Origin: Macrostomum lignano
Lineage: Eukaryota
DNA length: 64,000 nt
Assembly (NCBI GenBank): GCA_002269645.1
Contig: NIVC01000280.1
Coordinates: forward strand, 62,001 to 126,000
Direction of reading: 5' to 3'
Of this stretch, positions 25,459 through 36,000 are shown piece after piece (positions within the stretch are counted from its first letter, which is position 1; every line of letters starts with the position of its first letter). The position numbers and the translations under genes were made by a program. The notes beneath the pieces were generated by a model. The model made no database searches, was not told the DNA's origin, and saw only the letters and a list, made by a program, of their open reading frames with translations.

Positions 25459-26460
25459 TGCTGAGCAGTTGATAACCTTACTGTAAATTGACTCCGGTTG
25501 CAGTAAAGACCAACCATACGCATTCGGAAGGACAGCTCAGCGTCAGTTTAGTTTTGCGTTATCGCGCGCTCTCGCAGTTACCAAGAATTGTAGCAAATTT
25601 CTCAAACAGCCTATTATTTATTGCGCTGGGCGTTGCTCGCCACTCTGACCCTCAGACGTGTAGTGGAATTCCCGCGCAGTGTGCGACCCAGACTGTACAT
25701 TGAGAATAAGTGTACGCTGGCGGCGCCTAGCCCCAGCTGTATTGCTGTTGTTACTAAAAATAGTTTTTTGAGACTGGCGTAGCAATAAATGCAAATGCGT
25801 GTGGCGGTCGGCAGCCATAAATGGAACGCTGAGTGTACCAGTCTAAATTTAGAAACAAACTTTCTATTTAATTTAGGTCGAAAGCGTGCTCAAATATTTA
25901 ATGAGATTAGCTGGATTAATAGCTTCGTCGCTTCGATCCCTTCGTCTCTCGGGATTTAATCACATACCGACTTCAAACCCATAGAATATCTTATTTAAAC
26001 TACTTTAATTTTGCGGGATGCATTCAGATAAATCCCGGAGCCATACTTGTGTGTCTATGGTTGAAGTTGGGGATGGGAGTGTGGGGGCGAAGCCCCTGCT
26101 GGGGGTGTGGGGGCTTCTTACCATAGACAAAATTTCATTAAGAAATGTCTCGAGTCACGAAGGAAGAGAAGAGAGAAGCTCGCTTATTTAGATGCATACA
26201 ATAATCCTTACAATAATACAATAATCCTTGCAATATGTCCGGGAAAGTGATCGATTGAATCCCGCAAAATAAAATCTATGTCAATAACCTCCCTGAAAGT
26301 GAGCTTTAATGTGGTTTAAAAATAGAGAATTATATTGTAAGATTGTCTAACTTCTAAGTTAACCGCATTAATGGCAGGAGTTCGTATGAGTAGCTCTGAT
26401 TTAATTAAATGATGTGTGTACTCCAGATAATACATAATATAATACGTTAGCTGAATCAAC

Positions 26461-26670
26461 TGAAGCATCAAGGCAGGGGGTAGCGGGATCTACTGAAGCA
26501 TTAGGGCAGGGGGTAGCGGGATCTAATGAAGCATCAAGGCAGGGGGTAGCGGGATCTAATGAAGCATCAAGGCAGGGAGTAGAGGGTAGCGGGATCTAAT
26601 GAAGCATCAAGGCAGGGGTAGCGGGATCTACTGAAGCATCAAGACAGGGAATAGCGGGATCTACTGAAGC
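26461..26670. repeat. 33-bp minisatellite, about 6 copies
   Basis: Unit GAAGCATCAAGGCAGGGGGTAGCGGGATCTA(C/A)T. Confidence 0.9.
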
Positions 26671-27390
26671 AACATTAAGTGTTGCTCGTACTCACTAAAC
26701 CTTAAAAATTGCTTTGGTCCACTGCGGTTATAAAATCCAGCTTTCGTTGAATACTACTGAAAGTAGAGAAGCAAGAACACGTCAATGTGTTTAGAAAAAT
26801 TCCAAAACATTTTTTTATGAACGAAAATCAAAACTAATTTGGGTTTTGGTATATTTACAAAAAATCTTTCAGACGTTCTCAAATGCGCAGCTCACTGGTC
26901 TACAGTGACGCTCTGGTGTGTCAGTGGCCCGGGCTCGATTCCAAGTGCAGTCGCATTAATTTGGGGCTAGATGGGAATCCCCAGAGTGGCTCTGCTCGTG
27001 CAGTTAACGGCCTTGAAGGCCAACCTTCCAAGGCGCAGTGAAGTGTACAATGTACATGCCTAACGATAAATAAGGTTACCGTAGGGACGCTGTACACTCC
27101 TTCGTAAGTCGGTGGAATGGGCGGAATGGGCAGTAATGCCTCTCGCCGGTTGTTGCTTAAAGTGCTCAAGGGTGCACACAGCCCATTTCTCTAACTAAAC
27201 AGGTGTTCTCAAGTTATTAATTCTTTCCATGAGTTAATCAAGTATCAAAGACGGATTAGTGTTATTAAAACATTATTCGAAACAACAACTCTGTACAGAA
27301 AGCGAACTGATTAAAAGTGGCACAGAAAAATAAAAGCAAAGGAAAGAAATTGCGTTAAATTCTTTAAGCAAGCGGGAGCCCGCACTGAGC

Positions 27391-30300
27391 TCAGGCATCC
27401 AGCAGGTTAATAAGCGGCAGCTTGTTGAAGTCGCATCCGTGATCTCGGCTGTCGTAGAATTTCACCAGCTCGGAGTCGCACTCCGGCTGGGGGTGTCCGG
27501 CGTCCAGGACGGCCAGGCACTCGTAGCTTTGCGGCGCTGCAGTTCGGGGCTGGCCGATGGCTGCGATGGTCTTTTGCACCAACTGGTGCTGGTCGACCTG
27601 GCAGGGGCGGCGGTCGGGTTGAATATCCTTGGGGTTGCTTTGTTTGGGCATCTATGACTGCTTTGATTGGGTGTCCTTGGCTGCATTGATTGGGTGTCCT
27701 TGGCTGCTTTGATTGGGTGTCCTTGGCTGCTTTGATTTGATTGGGTGTCCTTGGCTGCTTTGATTGGGTGTCCTTGGCTGCTTTGATTGGGTGTCCTTGG
27801 CTGCTTTGATTGGGTGTCCTTAGCTGCTTTGATTGGGTGTCCTTGGCTGCTTTGATTTGATTGGGTGTCCTTGGCTGCTTTGATTGGGTGTCCTTAGCTG
27901 CTTTGATTGGGTGTCCTTGGCTGCTTTGATTGGGTGTCCTTGGCTGCTTTGATTGGGTGTCTATGGCTGCTTTGATTGGGTGTCCTTAGCTGCTTTGATT
28001 GGGTGGCCTTGGCTGCTTTGATTGGGTGTCTATGGTTGCTTTGATTGGGTGTCCTTAGCTGCTTTGATTGGGTGTCCTTAGCTGCTTTGATTGGGTGTCC
28101 TTGGCTGCTTTGATTGGGTGTTTTGACTGCTTTTTTTAAATGTCCTTGGCTGCTTTGATTGGGTGTCTATGGCTGCTTTGTTTGGGTGTCTATGGCTGCT
28201 TTGATTGGGTGTCCTTAGCTGCTTTGATTGGGTGTCCTTGGCTGCTTTGATTGGGTGTCTATGGTTGCTTTGATTGGGTGTCCTTGGCTGCTTTGATTGG
28301 GTGTTTTGACTGCTTTTTTTAAATGTCCTTGGCTGCTTTGATTGGGTGTCTATGGCTGCCTTGTTTGGGTGTCTATGGCTGCTTTGATTGGGCGTCTATG
28401 GCTGCTTTGATTGGGTGTCTATGGCTGCTTTGTTTGGGTGTCCTTGGCTGGGTTAATTAGGTGTCCATTCTAGACTTAGAGTGGACGACCCTCATATGAA
28501 GTACAAGTGAGCCCCAGTCTCGCTCACCTTGATCATTCGAACTCCGCTTTGGTGACAGGAAGCCAGGGTCAGGGCAAGCATGCCCGTGTGGGTTTTATCC
28601 GACCAGAGACTTTCCGGTAGAATGCAAAATAAAATATTGCTGAAAGTGAACAGCGAAAAGCAGGTGAGAATGTTTTATGCTCTGGGATCGGGATCTGGGA
28701 TCGGGATCTGGGATCGGGATCTGGGATCGGGATCTGGGATCGGGATCTGGGATCGGGATCTGGGATCGGGATCTGGGATCGGGATCTGGGATCGGGATCT
28801 GGGATCGGGATCTGGGATCGGGATCTGGGAAACTCACTCTTTTCCGAGCCGATCCAGCACTTTGCGGAACCCACAGATGAGGCGCCGGTCGCGGCTGGCC
28901 AGGGTCAGACACACCTGCATCTAGCAGCTCAGCAAGTTCATCAGAGCCTGTGGTATGTCGTCAGCCACCATCACTCTGATTTATTGATGGAGAAAAAAAT
29001 CATAGAGTATCTATTTTAATAATTAAACTGTCACATCGTTCTATTTTTTCTAAACTGGAATTCGATGCAAAGACACGGCCTACACGAATTGCCATTCAGT
29101 GATACGGGTACAGATAAATGCATGTAAAGAAGCCGCAAGAGAGCAAGAGAACATGCCCTGCACAGAACCTGAGTCAGGGCAGTAATTATGATTGGAATTT
29201 CTTCACATAGTTACCATTTACATGTAGCATGCAGTAGACGACATTTAAAAGTGAAGGTTGGTCGTAATAATTTTTTCAGAATTTCGATGTCAGAAGATTA
29301 TGATTTTGAGTTTGGAAAGTGGCAGATTTCGATTTCAATTTTGATTTCGGCAGAAAATGCACTTTCGGAACATCTCTAAAGCACTCCCTATTTAAATCTG
29401 AGCACTCCCTATTTAAATCTGAGCACTCCCTATTTAAATCTGAGCACTCCCTATTTAAATCTGAGCACTCCCTATTTAAATCTGAGCACTCCCTATTTAA
29501 ATCTGAGCACTCCCTATTTAAATCTGAGCACTCCCTATTTAAATCTGAGCACTCCCTATTTAAATCTGAGCACTCCCTATTTAAATCTGAGCACTCTCTA
29601 TTTAAATCTGAGCACTCCTTATTTAAATCTGAGCACTCTCTATTTAAATCTGAGCACTCCCTATTTAAATCTGAGCACTCCTTATTTAAATCTGAGCACT
29701 CTCTATTTAAATCTGAGCACTCCTCTCTCCAAATCTCTCGCTCAAATCTGGGCGAGAGATTTAAATCTGAGCACTCTCTATTTAAATCTGAGCACTCCCT
29801 ATTTAAATCTGAGCACTCCTTATTTAAATCTGAGCACTCTCTATTTAAATCTGAGCACTCCTTATTTAAATCTGAGCACTCTCTATTTAAATCTGAGCAC
29901 TCCCTATTTAAATCTGAGCACTCCCTATTTAAATCTGAGCACTCCCTATTTAAATCTGAGCACTCTCTATTTAAATCTGAGCACTCTCTATTTAAATCTA
30001 AGCACTCCTTATTTAAATCTGAGCACTCCCTATTTAAATCTGAGCACTCCTTATTTAAATCTAAGCACTCCTTATTTAAATCTGAGCACTCCCTATTTAA
30101 ATCTGAGCACTCCTTATTTAAATCTGAGCACTCCCTTTTTAAATCTGAGCACTCTCTATTTAAATCTGAGCGCCCCCATTTAAATCTGAGCATTTCCTAT
30201 TTAAACCTAAGCAGTCCCAATTTAAATATGAGCCCTCTTTCTTTAAATCTCAGCTCTCCCCCATTTAAATCTCAGCTCTCCATTGAAATCTCAGCTCTCC

Positions 30301-32505
30301 ATTGAAATCTCAGCTCTCCATTGAAATCTCAGCTCTCCATTGAAATTTCAGCTCTCCATTGAAGTCTCAGCTCTCCTCATTTAAATTTCAGCGCTCCCCA
30401 TTTAAGTCTCAGCTCTCCCCATTTTAAATCTCAGCTCTTCCCATTTAAATCTCAGCTCTGCTCATTTAAATCTCAGCTCTGCTCATTTAAATCTCAGCTT
30501 TGCTCATTTAAATCTCAGCTCTCCATTGAAATCTCAGCTTTGCTCATTTAAATCTCAGCTTTGCTCATTTAAATCTCAGCTTTGCTCATTTAAATCTCAG
30601 CTCTCCATTGAAATCTCAGCTTTGCTCATTTAAATCTCAGCTTTGCTCATTTAAATCTCAGCTTTGCTCATTTAAATCTCAGCTCTGCTCATTTAAATCT
30701 CAGCTTTGCTCATTTAAATCTCAGCTTTGCTCGTTTAAATCTCAGCTTTGCTCATTTAAATCTCAGCTCTGCTCATTTAAATCTCAGCTTTGCTCATTTA
30801 AATCTCAGCTTTGCTCATTTAAATCTCAGCTTTGCTCATTTAAATCTTAGCTTTGCTCATTTAAATCTCAGCTCTGCTCATTTAAATCTCAGCTCTGCTC
30901 ATTTAAATCTCAGCTTTGCTCATTTAAATCTCAGCTTTGCTCATTTAAATCTCAGCTTTGCTCATTTAAATCTTAGCTTTGCTCATTAAAATCTCAGCTC
31001 TGCTCATTTAAATCTCAGCTTTGCTCATTTAAATCTCAGCTTTGCTCATTTAAATCTCAGCTTTGCTCATTTAAATCTCAGCTTTGCTCATTTAAATCTC
31101 AGCTTTGCTCATTTAAATCTCAGCTTTGCTCATTTAAATCTCAGCTCTGCTCATTTAAATCTCAGCTTTGCTCATTTAAATCTCAGCTCTCCATTGAAAT
31201 CTCAGCTTTGCTCATTTAAATCTCAGCTTTGCTCATTTAAATCTCAGCTCTGCTCATTTAAATCTCAGCTCTCCATTGAAATCTCAGCTCTCCATTGAAA
31301 TCTCAGCTCTCCATTGAAATCTCAGCTCTCCATTGAAATCTCAGCTCTCCCCCATTGAAATCTCAGCTCTCCCCCATTGAAATCTCAGCTCTCCCCCATT
31401 GAAATCTCAGCTCTCCATTGAAATCTCAGCTCTCCCCCCATTTAAATCTCAGCTCTCCCCCATTTAAATCTCAGCTCTCCCCCATTTAAATCTCAGCTCT
31501 CCCCCATTTAAGTCTCAGCTCTCCCCCATTTAAGTCTCAGCTCTCCCCATTTTAAATCTCAGCTCTTCCCATTTAAATCTCAGCTCTGCTCATTTAAATC
31601 TCAGCTCTCCATTTAAATCTCAGCTCTCCATTGAAATCTCAGCTCTCCCCTATTTAAATCTCAGCTCTCCCCCCATTTAAATCTCAGCTCTCCATTGAAA
31701 TCTCAGCTTTGCTCATTTAAATCTCAGCTTTGCTCATTTAAATCTCAGCTCTGCTCATTTAAATCTCAGCTCTCCATTGAAATCTCAGCTCTCCATTGAA
31801 ATCTCAGCTCTCCATTGAAATCTCAGCTCTCCCCCATTGAAATCTCAGCTCTCCCCCATTGAAATCTCAGCTCTCCCCCATTGAAATCTCAGCTCTCCAT
31901 TGAAATCTCAGCTCTCCCCTATTTAAATCTCAGCTCTCCCCCCATTTAAATCTCAGCTCTCCCCCATTTAAATCTCAGCTCTCCCCCATTTAAATCTCAG
32001 CTCTCCTCCATTTAAGTCTCAGCTCTCCCCCATTTAAGTCTCAGCTCTCCCCATTTTAAATCTCAGCTCTTCCCATTTAAATCTCAGCTCTGCTCATTTA
32101 AATCTCAGCTCTCCATTTAAATCTCAGCTTTGCTCATTTAAATCTCAGCTCTCCATTGAAATCTCAGCTCTCCCCCATTTAAATCTCAGCTCTCCATTGA
32201 AATCTCAGCTCTCCATTTAAATCTCAGCTCTCTATTTAAATCTCAGCTCTCCTTATTTAAATCTCAGCTCTCTCCATTTAAATCTCAGCTCTCCATTTTA
32301 ATCTCAGCTCACAATTTAAAATCTTCTTGAAGAAATGATTTTCTCTAATCTATAATGATCTTTAGTCTAAGCATTGCAATATTGCATAGTTCTCAACAAT
32401 GAAACAAAGACTTAGCACTCACGTGGACTCCCCGAGCACACTGTTCATCAATGCTGACGGAGAAGCGGATTTCCCAGCCTGCTGCTCCTCGGGTCTTTCG
32501 CTCAT
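27391..32505 (-). CDS. Uncharacterised 4-exon gene with one in-frame TAG
   Basis: Exons 32505-32423, 28975-28838, 28609-28528 and 27651-27391; all GT-AG with matching phases (2,2,0), 564 nt total, GC3-rich codons. In-frame TAG at 28923-28921. No homology recognised. Confidence 0.55.
27660..28450. repeat. 23-bp intronic minisatellite
   Basis: Unit TTGATTGGGTGTCCTTGGCTGCT, ending 7 nt from the acceptor at 27652. Confidence 0.93.
28682..28829. repeat. 13-bp intronic minisatellite (GGGATCGGGATCT)n
   Basis: About 11 perfect copies, starting 8 nt after the donor at 28837. Confidence 0.95.
29376..32315. repeat. Bipartite 21-bp minisatellite complex
   Basis: TTTAAATCTGAGCACTCCCTA (29376-30240) grading into TTTAAATCTCAGCTTTGCTCA and 19-23-bp variants. 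Confidence 0.95.
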
Positions 32506-33054
32506 CGATAACCTGAATGAGTTGCAGAAATCCTGAATAGCTGCTTTCAGATAATTATTTGCTGAGCTGCTCGGAGTCCGGCCTGGATGTCCCCCCGAAG
32601 AGATTCCAGCCCTACATGGCCCGTGGCTCCGCACGCTCTATTTTATTTTCAAATTTTGCCTGTTGTGGTCGGAAAATCCAAGCATGCCCTCAGGGCCCTC
32701 AGGGGACGAGAGTAAACCAGTGTACATTCTAGCCTAGATGTACATTGCTATCTCAGTTGTACACTCCCCACGGGGGGTCGTGGATCATTTACTGCCCCGC
32801 GTGTGGCGACTCGTAAAGCCGCTGACAAAATGGTATGTATAAAACTTGCATTAAACTTGTTTATAAACGCAATATTAAAGACAAAATATTGTGCCTCAGT
32901 ATTAGCATAGCATATATTTCAATTAATCTCATAATTAACGAGGCTTTACACCAGCTACTTTATTCTAATTTTGCTATATTAGCCACAAAAGTAGGGTACG
33001 AATGTTGTTATCGAAAACGAATAATCAGACCAAAAATTTTCAACACAAGCTTCT

Positions 33055-36000
33055 TTAGGAATATGACTGGCTCGGCTGGGCCTTGTGACAGTACGTGTTT
33101 TTCCAGATCTCAGACAGACAGACTGTGGAGTGAAATCTAAAAAATATGATCATGGGCAGCGTGGTGTACTTGATGATCTTCCACGCCTTCGTGCCGAAGT
33201 AGTTCTCGTGAAATTCCACCGATATGTGGCGCTTGGACTCGAACACTGCGGATATCCACATGGCCAGGTTGGCCACGAGCAGAGCGATCAGAATGCCTCT
33301 GGCTGGCTTCCGGCCCTGCGGATTCGCAGGGTTTTGTTTTTTAGAATCGGCTAGGTTCCCATGGCAACTCGCAGAAATGGGGTTTTATTGGGAGAATAGA
33401 TGGGATTTCCGGGGATCTAACGGCTGCCAGGAGGTCTACCGGTTTCAAGGGAATCTATCAGTTTCCATGGGATCTACCGGTTTTCATGGGATCTACCGGT
33501 TTCCATGGGATCTGCCGGTTTCCAGGGAATCTACCGGTTTCCATGCGATCTATCAGTTTCCAGGCAATCTATCAGTTTCCAGGGAATCTATCAGTTTCCA
33601 GGGAATCTATCAGTTTCCAGGGAATCTATCAGTTTCCAGGGAATCTACCGGTTTCCAGGGAATCTACCAGTTTCCAGGGGGATCTACCGGTTTCCAAAGG
33701 AACTACCGGTTTTCAGGGCATCTACCAGTTTTCAGGGGGATCTACCGGTTTCCAAAGGAACTACCGGTTTCCAGGGGATCTACCGGTTTCCAGGGAATCT
33801 ACTGGTTTCCAGGGGATCTACCGGTTTCAAGGGGATCTACTGGTTTCCATGCGATCTACCGGTTTCCATGGGGATCTACTGGTTTCCAGGGGATCTGCTG
33901 GTTTCCAAGAAATCTATCGGTTTCCAGGGAATCTACCGGTTTCCAGGGAATCTACCGGTTTCCAGGGAATCTACCGGTTTCCAGGGGGTCTACTGAATTG
34001 TCAAGGCAATTTACGGGTTTTGTCAGGAATTTATTAGGTTTTTTGGGAATTAAGAGAGATTCAGGGACACCTACGGGCTTCCAGTGGAACAGAGAGGGTT
34101 TCCTTGGTAATCTGTGTTTCCAAAGTTCGTTGCCAGGGATAATCAGTAAAGTTGAAAATCTATTTTTAGCGAAGAAAAATGCTTGCTAGTTTTCACCCAG
34201 AACCGAGACGCTTTCTAAGAAACCCACCTGAAGGAACAGCTTCCTGCTGAGCTTCCTTTTAGACAGAGCGGCAATCAGGAACGCCTGCGCCAGCGCCTGC
34301 CCGCCGTCCAGGAAGGACTTCAGCCCGTTCAGCTTGGTGATCACGGCCCGCCGGCCGCTGCCGAAGAGGCAATGGTCCGTCTCCAGCTCGTCTTGATGCT
34401 CGTCCATCAAGCAGGAGGCGGACGAGACGACAACGAACAAGTTGTAGCAGAGCAGGCCCGCCAGGCCCACGAACAGCAGGTTCACGTCCAGCAGGTGAAC
34501 GTCCCGGCTTGTCAGCGTGAGATTCCGAATGGACTGGTATGAGCCAATCGAGCACATCGCCATGGTGACGAGCAGGACGCCGCACTCGGCCGCTAGGACG
34601 GCGATGGTGTAGGCGTCCCGCTTCTGTTGGTCCCGCTGCGGCAGCAGGACCAGAGTGGCCAGCGGGACTACAATCAGGATCACGATTAGCAGGCCGAAGA
34701 ACAGACCTTTGTGTGACTTATGGCAGGTGGTGAAGAACTTCTGCGACCGCACCGGCCGCGGCAGGTCGTAGCGACAGGCCTCCGCATCGGCGTATTCGGC
34801 GCCGACCTTCTTGAATAGCTTGAAGCAGATGGCGGCCGAGATGAGGCCGTACTCCACCGCACACGGGTACAGGAAGGGGCTGAGCGAGTGCGAGGGCGCC
34901 GCTTCCGAGGCCAGCGCCATGGTGCACTCTGTGGGATCCGAGAGTGGGAGTCTTTTAAGACTTTCTGCCTCCTTAGATCCTGCCAGATACAGATATGTAA
35001 GACACAGATATGTCAGACACAGATATGTCAGACACAGATATGTCAGACACAGATATGTCAGACACAGATATGTCAGATGCAGATTTGTCAGACACAGATA
35101 TGTCAGATACAGATATGTCAAATACAGATATGTCAGATACAGATATGTCAGACACAGATATGTCAGACACAGATATGTCAGATACAGATATTTCAGACAC
35201 AGACATGTCAGACACAGATATGTCAGACACAGATATGTCAGACACAGATATGTCAGACACAGATATGTCAGACACAGATATGTCAGACACAGATATGTCA
35301 GATGCAGATTTGTCAGACACAGATATGTCAGATACAGATATGTCAGACACAGATATGTCAGACACAGATATGTCAGACACAGATATGTCAGATACAGATA
35401 TGTCAGGTACAGATATGTCAGATACAGATATGTCAGACACAGATATGTCAGATACAGATATGTCAGATACAGATATGTCAGATACAGATATGTCAAATAC
35501 AGATATGTCAGATACAGATATGTCAGACACAGATATGTCAGACACAGATATGTCAGATACAGATATTTCAGACACAGACATGTCAGACACAGACATGTCA
35601 GACACAGATATGTCAGACACAGATATGTCAGATACAGATATGTCAGATACAGATATGTCAGATACAGATATGTCAGACACAGATATGTCAGACACAGATA
35701 TGTCAGACACAGATATGTCAGGTACAGATATGTCAGGTACAGATATGTCAGATACAGATATGTCAGGTACAGATATGTCAGGTACAGATATGTCAGATAC
35801 AGATATGTCAGACACAGATATGTCAGATACAGATATGTCAGATACAGATATGTCAGATACAGATATGTCAGACACAGATATGTCAGACACAGATATGTCA
35901 GATACAGATATTTCAGACACAGACATGTCAGACACAGATATGTCAGACACAGATATGTCAGACACAGATATGTCAGACACAGATATGTCAGACACAGATA

